63,829 nt of DNA from Thermoplasmata archaeon (GCA_023256615.1 JAGDXO010000027.1:1-63829), one strand, 5' to 3'. Shown: positions 8,644-17,942, numbered from the stretch's first letter. Made by a program: numbers and translations. Notes: generated by a model not told the origin, from the sequence alone.

Positions 8644-8657
8644 ATCGGTGAATAAAT

Positions 8658-9647
8658 ATGGCAACGCCAAATCATTCAAGACATGGGTCTATGGGATACT
8701 ATCCCAGGAAAAGGGCAAGATCTATCATACCTCATATTAGGTCTTGGCCAGAGATAGATGGAAAACCTAAACTACAAGGATTCGTAGGATTTAAGGCAGG
8801 TACAACACATGCTCTGTTTGTGGACTACAGAAAGAATAGTACTACTGCCGGATCCGAGGTATCATCATCCGTAACTGTGGTTGAGGTACCGCCTATGAAG
8901 GTAGTTGGAGTAAGATATTATGGTTTGAATCCGTATGGAGAGTATTCATTAGGAGAGATTTTAGATAAAAATTCTCTGAATGAATTAAAAGGGGTAATGC
9001 CTGTTTCTAAAGAATACAAGGCAAAGGAAATCAATTTTAATGAGGTAAGCAATGTGAATGTGCTTGTCCTTATTCAAAATAAGAAGCTCAAGGCAATATC
9101 AAAGAAGGTTCCCGATTTAACGGAAATAAGAGTTGGAGGAGGAACCTTGAAGGAAAGAATAGAATACGCAAACAGCCTATTGGGCAAAGAAGTCACATTT
9201 GACGAATTTTCAAAGCCTGGAAAATTTGTTGATGTAATTGCAGTTACAAAAGGTAAAGGATTCCAAGGTCATATTAAAAGATGGGGCGTAAAATTACTTC
9301 CATACAAGAACAGAAAACATAGAAGGATGATTGGTACATTAGGACCCTGGCATCCAGACTGGGTTAGAAATACTGTTCCCCAGGCGGGGCAGACAGGATT
9401 TCATCAGAGAACAGAATTCAATAAAAGAATACTATTCTACGGGAACCCAACTGAAAAATCAATAACGCCTAATGGTGGATTTGTAAATTACGGAGAGGTT
9501 GTGAATAACTATATTCTAATTCATGGGTCAATTCCAGGGCCTGTCAAGAGGATTATAAAGTTCAGGGATCCGATAAGGCAGACGTCTAAGGATGTTGATG
9601 CGATTAAATTGACTTATGTATCTACTGAAAGTAAACAGGGGGTATAA
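8658..9647 (+). CDS. rpl3: 50S ribosomal protein L3 (uL3)
   Basis: MATPNHSRHGSMGYYPRKRA N-terminus and FQGHIKRWG motif. First gene of the conserved L3-L4-L23-L2 block. Confidence 0.95.
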   Translation: MATPNHSRHGSMGYYPRKRARSIIPHIRSWPEIDGKPKLQGFVGFKAGTTHALFVDYRKNSTTAGSEVSSSVTVVEVPPMKVVGVRYYGLNPYGEYSLGEILDKNSLNELKGVMPVSKEYKAKEINFNEVSNVNVLVLIQNKKLKAISKKVPDLTEIRVGGGTLKERIEYANSLLGKEVTFDEFSKPGKFVDVIAVTKGKGFQGHIKRWGVKLLPYKNRKHRRMIGTLGPWHPDWVRNTVPQAGQTGFHQRTEFNKRILFYGNPTEKSITPNGGFVNYGEVVNNYILIHGSIPGPVKRIIKFRDPIRQTSKDVDAIKLTYVSTESKQGV

Positions 9648-9649
9648 AA

Positions 9650-10408
9650 ATGGCAATAATTTTTTCATTGAATGGTGAAAAGGCAAAGGAAGTAGAATTA
9701 CCCAAAATATTTAGTCATCCTATTCGAGAGGATCTCATAGTGCAGTTTTTCAACACTTATATGTCCAATTCAAGGGTGCCGTATGGATCCTATTATTTTG
9801 CAGGAAATAGGAGGGTTGGGCATAACCTAGGACCTAATCACGGTATATCCAGATATCCTAGGGTTTCAGGAACCACAAGGGGGGTTCTACTCTCGAATGC
9901 AAGGGGTGGAAGATCTGCCCATCATCCAGTTGTGGAAAGGGACTGGCATCTGAAGATGAATGAAAAGCAGAGGAGAATGGCTAAATATTCTGCACTGGCT
10001 TCAACAGCAAATATTGATTATGTGAAAAAGAGAGGCCATATATTCAACGTGGAATCATTACCTGTTATCATTGAAGATAAATTCGAAAAAATTACTGAAA
10101 CTGCAGAAATAGTAAAACTTTTCCAGAAAATAGGTATATATGAAGACATAGAGAGGGCAAAGGAAGGTACAAAGATCAGAGCGGGAAGAGGTAAGAGCAG
10201 AGGGAGGAAATATATAACACCCAAAAGCATATTGATAGTGGTCAGAAACAAGGAGAAAATAGAAAAAGCAGTTAAAAATCTACCAGGTGTAGACGTCTCG
10301 AGTCCAGAAGACCTTAATGCATACCTGTTAGCCCCTGGAGGTCATCCAGGGAGACTGGTGGTTGTTTCAGAACCTGCTCTTGAAATAATAAAGGGGTGGG
10401 ATCAATGA
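9650..10408 (+). CDS. rpl4: 50S ribosomal protein L4 (uL4)
   Basis: RGGRSAHHP and RAGRGKSRGRKY motifs. Conserved position. Confidence 0.93.
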   Translation: MAIIFSLNGEKAKEVELPKIFSHPIREDLIVQFFNTYMSNSRVPYGSYYFAGNRRVGHNLGPNHGISRYPRVSGTTRGVLLSNARGGRSAHHPVVERDWHLKMNEKQRRMAKYSALASTANIDYVKKRGHIFNVESLPVIIEDKFEKITETAEIVKLFQKIGIYEDIERAKEGTKIRAGRGKSRGRKYITPKSILIVVRNKEKIEKAVKNLPGVDVSSPEDLNAYLLAPGGHPGRLVVVSEPALEIIKGWDQ

Positions 10409-10665
10409 ACAATCCTTATGACATTCTTTTAAAACCATTTGTTACAGAAAAATCTATGCTGCAGATTGAAAGGGAAAATAAAATCTGGTTTATAGTTAAT
10501 GAGAGGGCTACAAGAAACCAGATTAAAAAAGCAGTTGAAAATATATCAGGAATGAAAGTAGAAGATGTGAACATTATGAGAGATAAGGAAGGAAAAAAAG
10601 CTATTGTAAAAATAGCCAAGAGCTTCTCAGCTGAGGAGCTAGCAACTAAATTGGGGATATTCTGA
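10405..10665 (+). CDS. rpl23: 50S ribosomal protein L23 (uL23)
   Basis: The ATG overlaps the L4 stop (ATGA). LKPFVTEKS and KKAIVKI motifs. The ORF track's GTG at 10396 is an alternative start. Confidence 0.9.
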   Translation: MNNPYDILLKPFVTEKSMLQIERENKIWFIVNERATRNQIKKAVENISGMKVEDVNIMRDKEGKKAIVKIAKSFSAEELATKLGIF

Positions 10666-10674
10666 GGTGATGTT

Positions 10675-11373
10675 ATGGGAAAGAGAATTTTAGTACAAAG
10701 AAGGGGTCGCGGAGGTATTGTCTATAGAAGTCCCAGTCATAGACATTATGGAAATATAAAATATCCAGAAACTAAGAAGTGGGAAGGCAAGGTTGTGAAA
10801 CTGGTCAGGGATCCAGGACATTATGCACCTGTAGCTGTAGTGAGAATGAATGACCAGAAAGAGGAACTATTTATTGCCCACTCTGGAATGTTTGTGGGGC
10901 AGAAGATAAATTCCGGTGATGACGTATCTCCAATAGAAGGAAATACAATGCCACTGGGCCTTATCCCGGATGGAACTTTAATATACAATGTGGAGTTAAG
11001 GCCGGGATCTGGTGGCAATATAGCAAGGACACCCGGAAGTTTCTGCACTATAGTTGCACATGGGGAGAATGTCACAGTTAAGCTACCTTCAGGTAAAATG
11101 AAAGATATAATGCCATCCTGTCTTGCAACAATAGGAGTAGCAGGAGGCGGTGGAAGGAATACAAAACCTTTCCTGAAGGCAGGTAAAAAAATTCATGCAT
11201 ATCAAAGCAGGGCCAAGAGGCCATTCTCGGTGAGAGGTGTAGCCATGAATGCAATTAATCACCCGCACGGAGGAGGTAATCATCAGCATGTTGGTAGACC
11301 TTCAACTGTTGGAAGAAATGCACCTCCAGGAAGGAAAGTTGGTAGGCTGTCACCAAAGAGGAAGGTGAAGTAA
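10675..11373 (+). CDS. rpl2: 50S ribosomal protein L2 (uL2)
   Basis: HPHGGGNHQHVGRPSTVGR motif. Confidence 0.96.
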   Translation: MGKRILVQRRGRGGIVYRSPSHRHYGNIKYPETKKWEGKVVKLVRDPGHYAPVAVVRMNDQKEELFIAHSGMFVGQKINSGDDVSPIEGNTMPLGLIPDGTLIYNVELRPGSGGNIARTPGSFCTIVAHGENVTVKLPSGKMKDIMPSCLATIGVAGGGGRNTKPFLKAGKKIHAYQSRAKRPFSVRGVAMNAINHPHGGGNHQHVGRPSTVGRNAPPGRKVGRLSPKRKVK

Positions 11374-11374
11374 A

Positions 11375-11827
11375 ATGGCGGAAGATAAGAGAAAATCTCA
11401 GAAGGCAATAAGGAGGACTAAGAGGAAGACGTCTAGGGCCTTAACTGAAAGGGGAAAGGAACTCTTATTTAAGGGTAAAAGCCTTGATGAACTTTTAGCT
11501 ATGGAATTCGAGGAACTTTTAAAGATTTTGCCATCAAGGGCTAGGAGAAGCCTGAAAAGGGGTTATAATTCTGAACAGGAGAAACTTCACAGAAAACTTC
11601 AGGAACGGGACTCTGTTAAAACAAGGGTGAGGGATCTTGTAATATTGCCACAATATGTAGGGAAGACGATTTCAGTTTATGATGGGCATCAGTATCAGAC
11701 TTTCAGCATAAAGGAAGAGATGATTGGACACTACATAGGCGAATTTGTACAGACTAGAAAAGAAGTTAAACATTCTGGGCCAGGAGTAGGAGCTACCAGG
11801 GGATCAAAGTTCCTGCCATTAAAGTGA
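11375..11827 (+). CDS. rps19: 30S ribosomal protein S19 (uS19)
   Basis: GKTISVYDGHQY and GHYIGEF motifs. Conserved position. Confidence 0.93.
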   Translation: MAEDKRKSQKAIRRTKRKTSRALTERGKELLFKGKSLDELLAMEFEELLKILPSRARRSLKRGYNSEQEKLHRKLQERDSVKTRVRDLVILPQYVGKTISVYDGHQYQTFSIKEEMIGHYIGEFVQTRKEVKHSGPGVGATRGSKFLPLK

Positions 11828-11836
11828 GGTGAAAAG

Positions 11837-12280
11837 ATGAAATATGTTATGGAAACAGATAAGAAAAAAACTGCAAGGGCAATGTCAATAAATACACCAA
11901 TATCTCCAAGAGATGCCCTTGAAGTGGTCAGAACTATAAAGGGTATGAAACTCCAAAATGCAAAAGAATATCTCGATAATGTTATTCATAAAAAATCTGC
12001 CGTACCTTATAGAAAATTTACCGATTCAGTATCTCATCGCAGGGGAACAGGCCCAGGAAGATATCCTGTCAAGGCAGCCAAATATATTCTGGAGACCTTG
12101 GATAATGCGGAGAATAATGCTGAATTCAAGCAGCTTGATTCTGATAAACTCGTGATAAAGAATGCAGTAGCTCAGCTCGCTCCGCCAATTAAATACTACA
12201 CATATAAGGCCTTTGGTTCAAGCGGAAAATTCTACAGAGAGAGGGTTCATATCCAGATAATTTTGGAGGAGATTGAATGA
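11837..12280 (+). CDS. rpl22: 50S ribosomal protein L22 (uL22)
   Basis: Conserved position. HRRGTGPGRYPVKAAK motif. Confidence 0.9.
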   Translation: MKYVMETDKKKTARAMSINTPISPRDALEVVRTIKGMKLQNAKEYLDNVIHKKSAVPYRKFTDSVSHRRGTGPGRYPVKAAKYILETLDNAENNAEFKQLDSDKLVIKNAVAQLAPPIKYYTYKAFGSSGKFYRERVHIQIILEEIE

Positions 12281-12927
12281 AAGAGTTAAAGTTTTTGAAG
12301 GAAAATATAAGGAGACAACTGATAAAGGAGTATCTGGTTCATGAAATAGGGGACGCAGGGTTTGGAGGCGTTGAAATACAGAGAACGCCACAGAATACCA
12401 TAGTGATCCTGAAGGTTGAAAGACCAGGGTTAGTAATAGGAAGACGTGGATCTAAAATAAGAAACATGGAGGAAACCCTGGAGAAAAAATTTAATCTAAC
12501 CAGTCCTTTGATCAAGGTAGAGGGTGCCAGGGATCCCGGTTTAAACGCTCAGATTATGGCAGAAAAGCTTGCGAGATCCATAGAAAAAGGTTGGCATTTC
12601 AGAAGGGCAGGTCACAGTATCCTGAAGAGAATTATGGATTCTGGAGCCAGAGGCGGTCAGGTAAGGATGGGCGGTAAGCTGACCGGAGAGAGGGCAAGAA
12701 GCGTTAAGTATACCTCCGGCAAAGTAATTTCATCAGGATATCCGTCTGAAATGATCGACAAGGGATACGCGGTAGCAATGACCAAACCAGGTATTATAGG
12801 TGTTTCTGTTAAAATACTCAGGAACGATGTTAAGTTACCTGATGATGTAGTTGTAAGAAATGTAAATTTGGGGGAGGTGAAAGTCAATGGAGGAAATGAA
12901 AGCTTCAGCGATCAGAAAAATGAGTAA
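12277..12927 (+). CDS. rps3: 30S ribosomal protein S3 (uS3)
   Basis: KH-domain motif ERPGLVIGRRGSKIRN. Conserved position. Confidence 0.94.
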   Translation: MKELKFLKENIRRQLIKEYLVHEIGDAGFGGVEIQRTPQNTIVILKVERPGLVIGRRGSKIRNMEETLEKKFNLTSPLIKVEGARDPGLNAQIMAEKLARSIEKGWHFRRAGHSILKRIMDSGARGGQVRMGGKLTGERARSVKYTSGKVISSGYPSEMIDKGYAVAMTKPGIIGVSVKILRNDVKLPDDVVVRNVNLGEVKVNGGNESFSDQKNE

Positions 12928-13087
12928 AGAAGAGATAAATAAGAAATACATGGAATTGAGAGAAGAGCTCATGAGGGAAAGAGGCATATCTGCTATGGGT
13001 GGTGCTCCTCCAAGTCCTGGGAAAATAGAATCATTGAGAAGACAGATTGCAAGAATAGAGACTGTTATGAGGGAGTCTGGAAAATGA
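12887..13087 (+). CDS. rpl29: 50S ribosomal protein L29 (uL29)
   Basis: 66 aa, KEEINKKYMELREELMRER. GGAGGTGA Shine-Dalgarno-like sequence 7 nt upstream. ATG at 12896 is an alternative start. Confidence 0.88.
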   Translation: MEEMKASAIRKMSKEEINKKYMELREELMRERGISAMGGAPPSPGKIESLRRQIARIETVMRESGK

Positions 13088-13374
13088 GAGATGATAAATT
13101 TATCAAGGAGCTTACCCCACTGGATGAAATAGCAAGGGAAACACAGGTAATTACGATAGATATAGATAAGAGGAGATATGGAAAATTTGTAACCATAGTA
13201 TCTGGTTTTGACACAAAGGCAGAGGATATCAAGGAACTCGCCAAAACTCTCAAGAAGAAAACTGCTACTGGAGGTACTGTAAAGGACGATAAAATCGAAC
13301 TTCAGGGAGACCAGAGAGAAAGGGCAAAAAAAGTACTTGAGGATATGGGTTTTAAAGTGGAGGTATCAAAATGA
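13084..13374 (+). CDS. sui1: translation initiation factor SUI1 (aIF1)
   Basis: KFVTIVSGFD ... GGTVKDDKIELQGDQRERAKKVLEDMGF, typical of the SUI1/eIF1 fold. Usual archaeal position between L29 and Rpp29. Confidence 0.88.
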   Translation: MRDDKFIKELTPLDEIARETQVITIDIDKRRYGKFVTIVSGFDTKAEDIKELAKTLKKKTATGGTVKDDKIELQGDQRERAKKVLEDMGFKVEVSK

Positions 13375-13625
13375 ACCCTTTCTTGACAGATATTATTGGC
13401 GAGAATATAGAGATAATCGAATCTTCAGATAGAAATATTATTGGATACAAAGGCAAGGTAATTGATGAGACTAAGAATATTATAAAGGTGAGGGGAATCC
13501 GAGATATAATAGTACAGAAAAATGGAACTTCTATAATTGTTGGGAATCAGATTGTAAGGATGGATAGTATTAAGTTCAGACCAGAAGAAAAAATAAAAAA
13601 AATTAGAAGGAGAGGTAAACTATGA
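13371..13625 (+). CDS. rnp1: RNase P protein component 1 (Rpp29/Pop4)
   Basis: 84 aa, Sm-like IIGYKGKVIDETKNIIKV. Conserved position just before rps17. Confidence 0.8.
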   Translation: MNPFLTDIIGENIEIIESSDRNIIGYKGKVIDETKNIIKVRGIRDIIVQKNGTSIIVGNQIVRMDSIKFRPEEKIKKIRRRGKL

Positions 13626-13948
13626 GAAATATTGGGATAGATGTTAAGGAACCAGTTGAGGAATGCAAGGATCCAAAATGTCCTTTTCACGGAGAAATAA
13701 CAGTAAAGTCTCCAGTGATAGAAGGAGAAATCATATCTGTTTCCATGAAGGGGACAGTTACGGTTCTCAGGGAATATATGAGGAAAAACAGGAAATATGA
13801 GAGATATGAAAAAAGAAAGAAAAAATATCATGCGCATCTTCCTGGATGTATCCATGTAGAACTGGGAGATATAGTAAAAATAGCATATTCAAGGCCACTA
13901 GCGAAATCAGTATCATTTGTTGTTGTTGAAAAGGAGGGAAAGCAATGA
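13622..13948 (+). CDS. rps17: 30S ribosomal protein S17 (uS17)
   Basis: [17 protein letters not shown]-terminus and [18 protein letters not shown] motif. Confidence 0.93.
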   Translation: MRNIGIDVKEPVEECKDPKCPFHGEITVKSPVIEGEIISVSMKGTVTVLREYMRKNRKYERYEKRKKKYHAHLPGCIHVELGDIVKIAYSRPLAKSVSFVVVEKEGKQ

Positions 13949-14343
13949 AGGGATTAGCAGGAAATCAGATCAGAGGTCTACCGCTTGGAGCAAAGCTAGA
14001 ATGTGCTGATAACACCGGAGCGAAGGTAATAGCTCTTATTAATGTTAAGGCATACCATAACACAAAGAGAAGGGTACCTGCGGCGTCTGTTGGTGACATG
14101 ATTATGGCATCTGTAAAGAAAGGTTCTCCAGAAATGAGGAGAAAGGTCGTCTATGCTATTGTAATAAGACAGAAGAAGACATTCAGAAGACAGGACGGAC
14201 TTATGGTGGAATTCGAGGATAATGCTGCAGTGCTTGTTCAGGATAATGGTGAAACAAGAGGTACTGAAATTAAAGGGCCGGTAGCCAAGGAAGCTGCTGA
14301 GAGATGGCCAAGGGTAGCAGCGCTTGCGAGCTCTATAGTATGA
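13945..14343 (+). CDS. rpl14: 50S ribosomal protein L14 (uL14)
   Basis: [10 protein letters not shown] and [12 protein letters not shown] motifs. Confidence 0.95.
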   Translation: MKGLAGNQIRGLPLGAKLECADNTGAKVIALINVKAYHNTKRRVPAASVGDMIMASVKKGSPEMRRKVVYAIVIRQKKTFRRQDGLMVEFEDNAAVLVQDNGETRGTEIKGPVAKEAAERWPRVAALASSIV

Positions 14344-14352
14344 GGTGTTTAA

Positions 14353-14784
14353 ATGGAACTTAATTTACATTTATCAAATGATTTGATCGAGAAATATGGG
14401 ATAAGGAAGTTTGGTGTTAGAAAGGGCGACATAGTGAGAATAGTGAAGGGGGATTCTGACAAGGATGAAAAATTGAATGTTGTCGGTAAGGAAGCAAAGG
14501 TAGTCAAGGTTCTAAGAAAGGAAAGGAAAATAGTGGCGGAAAACGTCAATGTAGCCAAGGCCGATGGAAAGATGAAGCCAAGAAAACTTGATCCTTCGTC
14601 TTTAATAATAGTGAAAATTGAACTTGAAGACGTAAAGAGAAAAGAGAAGCTCTCAAAACTTGCATCAATGAGAAATAAGGTGGTAGAAGAAGAGCCTGAA
14701 CCAGCATCAGAAAAAAAGGAAGAGAATAAAGAAGAAGTAGAAGACAAAGAGGAGGAAATAGAGGGGGAGGAAGAAGATGAGTAA
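14353..14784 (+). CDS. rpl24: 50S ribosomal protein L24 (uL24) with an acidic C-terminal tail
   Basis: KOW motif RKGDIVRIVKGDSD. Conserved position. The last 40 or so residues are Glu/Lys-rich. Confidence 0.9.
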   Translation: MELNLHLSNDLIEKYGIRKFGVRKGDIVRIVKGDSDKDEKLNVVGKEAKVVKVLRKERKIVAENVNVAKADGKMKPRKLDPSSLIIVKIELEDVKRKEKLSKLASMRNKVVEEEPEPASEKKEENKEEVEDKEEEIEGEEEDE

Positions 14785-15481
14785 GCATATTAAGAGATTA
14801 GCATCACCTACGACTTGGAAACAGCCAAGAAAGATGTATACTTGGTCAGTTAAAGCTTCACCAGGACCACACGCAGTTGATAACAGTGTGCCATTAATGG
14901 TAATAATAAGGGATATTTTACATCTCGCAGATACTTCTAAAGAAGCAAGGAACATAATCACCAGGGGGTTAATAAAGGTAGACGGAAAGATTGTGAAGGA
15001 TTACAAGAGACCTGTGGGTTTCATGGATACAATATCCATAAACGATGCAGGAATTTTCAAAAGAGTTCTTCTAGACAAATCTGGTGTTCTTGTTCTAAGT
15101 GATCTGAAAATGGAGGAAGTGGGATGGAAATTGGTCAAGGTCATTGGGAAATTCATACAGAAAGGGGGAAAAATCCAGCTGACCACTCATGATGGGAGGG
15201 TGATATTAACCGATCAGGCTTCCATTAAAAGGGGAGATACAATAAAGATATCTCTCCCTGATCAGAAAATACTTGAGGTATATCCTCTTGTAAAAGATAC
15301 TACGGTCTATGTTACTGGGGGGGCTCACAGGGGTATGATTACCCAAATAAAAGAGGTCAACGTGTCAAGAAGTTACCAGGAAAACACAATTGAAAGTAAG
15401 GATAATTTTACTACTACCGTTTCCAACATCTTCGTCCTGGGGAAATCCTCACCCGAAATAAGACTCGCAGGAGGTGCGTGA
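14777..15481 (+). CDS. rps4e: 30S ribosomal protein S4e (eS4)
   Basis: MSKHIKRLASPTTWK N-terminus and PVGFMDTISI motif. Confidence 0.94.
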   Translation: MSKHIKRLASPTTWKQPRKMYTWSVKASPGPHAVDNSVPLMVIIRDILHLADTSKEARNIITRGLIKVDGKIVKDYKRPVGFMDTISINDAGIFKRVLLDKSGVLVLSDLKMEEVGWKLVKVIGKFIQKGGKIQLTTHDGRVILTDQASIKRGDTIKISLPDQKILEVYPLVKDTTVYVTGGAHRGMITQIKEVNVSRSYQENTIESKDNFTTTVSNIFVLGKSSPEIRLAGGA

Positions 15482-15482
15482 A

Positions 15483-16001
15483 ATGAATCCGATGGAAGAC
15501 ATTGTTATTGATAAGGTAACGGTTAACATAGGTGTGGGGGAAGCAGGCGAAAAACTCGAAAAGGCTAAAAAGGTAATCACTCTGATCACTGGAAAGGAGC
15601 CAACCATCACAAAAGTCAAAAGAACAAACAGGGAATTTGGAATAAGACAGGATCAGCCAATAGGGGTCAAGGTTACCATAAGGAAAGAGGACATAAAGAA
15701 ATTCCTCGAGTCTGCATTATGGGTGAAAAATTTTAAGGCATTCAGCTATTCATTTTCAAATCAGGGAACTTTCAGTTTTGGTATTTCTGATTATACCGAT
15801 TTTAAGGGAATGAAGTACAATCCTGAAATAGGTATATTTGGGATGGATATAGTGGTCACTTTCAGAAGGAAAGGTGGGTATAGAGTATCCAAGAGAAGAT
15901 TAAGACCAAGAAAGGTTCCAGAGAAAATTAAAGTTAAAAGGGAAGAGATGATGGAATATATGAAGAATAACTATAATTTGGAAATTCTGGGGGGAGAGTA
16001 G
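15483..16001 (+). CDS. rpl5: 50S ribosomal protein L5 (uL5)
   Basis: IDKVTVNIGVGEAG motif. GGAGGTG 6 nt upstream of ATG 15483. The ORF-track GTG at 15474 is less likely. Confidence 0.92.
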   Translation: MNPMEDIVIDKVTVNIGVGEAGEKLEKAKKVITLITGKEPTITKVKRTNREFGIRQDQPIGVKVTIRKEDIKKFLESALWVKNFKAFSYSFSNQGTFSFGISDYTDFKGMKYNPEIGIFGMDIVVTFRRKGGYRVSKRRLRPRKVPEKIKVKREEMMEYMKNNYNLEILGGE

Positions 16002-16163
16002 ATGGTACAACCTAAGCTAAGACCGAAAAAAGACTATGGCAGAAATCATGGGTGCGAGAGATGTGGAAGGAAAAGAGGGCTTATCAGAAGATATGGACTA
16101 AGACTGTGCAGGCAGTGCTTTAGAGAAATTGCTCCAGAATTGGGGTTCAAGAAATTTTCCTGA
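16002..16163 (+). CDS. rps14: 30S ribosomal protein S14 type Z (uS14), 53 aa, absent from the ORF track
   Basis: Hand translation: [53 protein letters not shown]. Has the CxxC-N12-CxxC zinc motif. The ATG abuts the L5 stop. Canonical slot between L5 and S8. Confidence 0.92.
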   Translation: MVQPKLRPKKDYGRNHGCERCGRKRGLIRRYGLRLCRQCFREIAPELGFKKFS

Positions 16164-16173
16164 GGTGAAAAAA

Positions 16174-16557
16174 ATGGGAGATACATTAAATGAAGCATTG
16201 ATTTCAATAAGAAATGCATCAAAATTGGGCAGGGAAGAAGTAGAAGTAAAAGCATCCAATCTTGTTGGGCGGGTTCTCAAGGTATTCCAGAAATACGGAT
16301 ACATAGAGGAATTTGAGTACTCTGAAAACGGAAAAGGCGGAATATTTAAGGTGAGAGTAGCTAAAACAATTAACAATTGTGGAGTTATTAAACCCAGATT
16401 TTCAATAAAGAGGAATGAGATGGAAAGATGGGAATCAAGATACCTTCCAGCTCAGGATATAGGGCTTATTGTTATATCGACAACAAATGGCGTGATGAGC
16501 AATTCCGAAGCCAAGAAAAAAGGAGTAGGAGGGAGGGCTCTGGCCTTCATATACTAG
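16174..16557 (+). CDS. rps8: 30S ribosomal protein S8 (uS8)
   Basis: MGDTLNEALISIRNA N-terminus. GAGGTGA 5 nt upstream of ATG 16174. The ORF track's extension back to 16129 overlaps rps14 and is unlikely. Confidence 0.92.
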   Translation: MGDTLNEALISIRNASKLGREEVEVKASNLVGRVLKVFQKYGYIEEFEYSENGKGGIFKVRVAKTINNCGVIKPRFSIKRNEMERWESRYLPAQDIGLIVISTTNGVMSNSEAKKKGVGGRALAFIY

Positions 16558-16568
16558 GGTGATTGAAA

Positions 16569-17102
16569 ATGGAAGAAATTATTGAAATACCAAAAGGAAT
16601 AAATGTTTCCCTTAAGGATGGATTGCTTTCTGTGAAGGGTCCAAGAGGAACTGTCTCCAAGAAATTCATATATGAATACGCAAGGATAGAATTACAGGGA
16701 AACGCAATAAAAATTTACACCACAAGAGAAAAGAAAAGTGACACATCAGTAATAGGAACATGGAGAAGCATAATTAGCAGTTTATTTATAGGAGTTACAA
16801 AAGGCTACATATACACCATGAAGATAGTGTATGCTCATTTCCCAGTGAAGGTTACAGTAAAAGGAAATGAAATAACACTTGATAATTTCCTAGGCGAGAA
16901 AAGTCCAAGAAAACTAATCCTCAATGCGGATGTCAAGGTTAATATCAAGGGAGATATAGTGACTCTAGAAGGTAATGATCTAGAAACTTTGGGAAATGCA
17001 GCGGCAAGGATAGAAAAACTTAGTAAAATAAAGGGATTTGATCCAAGGGTTTTCCAGGACGGAATATATATAGTGAAGAAAGGTGATATAATTGAAGGCT
17101 AA
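16569..17102 (+). CDS. rpl6: 50S ribosomal protein L6 (uL6)
   Basis: Conserved position. LSVKGPRGTVSK motif. GGTGAT upstream of ATG 16569 (TTG 16563 is an alternative start). Confidence 0.92.
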   Translation: MEEIIEIPKGINVSLKDGLLSVKGPRGTVSKKFIYEYARIELQGNAIKIYTTREKKSDTSVIGTWRSIISSLFIGVTKGYIYTMKIVYAHFPVKVTVKGNEITLDNFLGEKSPRKLILNADVKVNIKGDIVTLEGNDLETLGNAAARIEKLSKIKGFDPRVFQDGIYIVKKGDIIEG

Positions 17103-17487
17103 TTTAAGTGCAAGATCAAAGAGACTTCTAAAGGTCAGAAATGAGATGAACAGAAAAAGGCCTGAATTCCACAGGCAGGAATGGTTCAGGTATAAGAAAC
17201 TGGGTGATTCGTGGAGGAAACCAAGAGGTAAACACTCTAAATCCAGGGAGCACAGAGGATACAGACCTCCAAATGTGGAATCTGGTTTCAGGGGCCCAAG
17301 CGAAGTAAGAGCGCTTCATCCTTCTGGATTCAGGGAAGTTTATGTAACAAATCTTAAGGACATTGATAGGGTAAATCCAACAACCGAGGCTATAAGGATA
17401 TCTTCAAAGGTGGGGATGAAGAAGAGGATGATGATACAGGAGAAAGCACACACAGTAGGAATTAAAATATTGAACGAGGTGAAATAA
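17092..17487 (+). CDS. rpl32e: 50S ribosomal protein L32e (eL32)
   Basis: RPEFHRQEWFRYKKLGDSWRKPRGKHSK and LHPSGF motifs. TTG start preceded by GGTGAT. Confidence 0.9.
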   Translation: MKANLSARSKRLLKVRNEMNRKRPEFHRQEWFRYKKLGDSWRKPRGKHSKSREHRGYRPPNVESGFRGPSEVRALHPSGFREVYVTNLKDIDRVNPTTEAIRISSKVGMKKRMMIQEKAHTVGIKILNEVK

Positions 17488-17942
17488 TGGTTACATTAAG
17501 TCCACAAAAAAGAATGGCTTCAAAGATGTTAAAGATAGGTTCGAGCAGGGTATGGATGGACCCTAAAAGTATAGATGATATATCGGAGGCAGTAACTAGG
17601 GAAGATGTTAGGAAACTGATCAAGAGAAATGTTATACAGAAGAAAACTGCCAAATCAAATTCCAGAAGCAGATTCAGGGCAGCAAAGGCTCAGAGAGATA
17701 AAGGAAGAAGAAAGGGGCAGGGATCAAGGAAAGGAACAAGAAATGCCAGGGAACCAAGGAAGGATAGATGGGTTAAAAATGTAAGATCTATGAGAAAGGC
17801 AATAAGGGAGATGAGGGACAGTGGTAAATTATCTAAAAAGGATTACAGAAAATTGTATTCCCAGATCAAAGGAGGAGTATTCCATAATAAGTCAGCTCTG
17901 ATAACTCATCTTAAAGATTCAGGTTTGTTGAAAGGTGATTAA
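17487..17942 (+). CDS. rpl19e: 50S ribosomal protein L19e (eL19)
   Basis: LSPQKRMASKMLKIGSSRVWMDP N-terminus and a basic C-terminal half. Confidence 0.93.
   Translation: MVTLSPQKRMASKMLKIGSSRVWMDPKSIDDISEAVTREDVRKLIKRNVIQKKTAKSNSRSRFRAAKAQRDKGRRKGQGSRKGTRNAREPRKDRWVKNVRSMRKAIREMRDSGKLSKKDYRKLYSQIKGGVFHNKSALITHLKDSGLLKGD

Noticed and set aside
14349-14747. 132-aa minus-strand ORF (Ser/Phe/Leu-rich) opposite rpl24
   Set aside because: It is a mirror image of the purine-rich L24 coding strand and has a low-complexity composition. L24 on the plus strand has clear homology and operon context.
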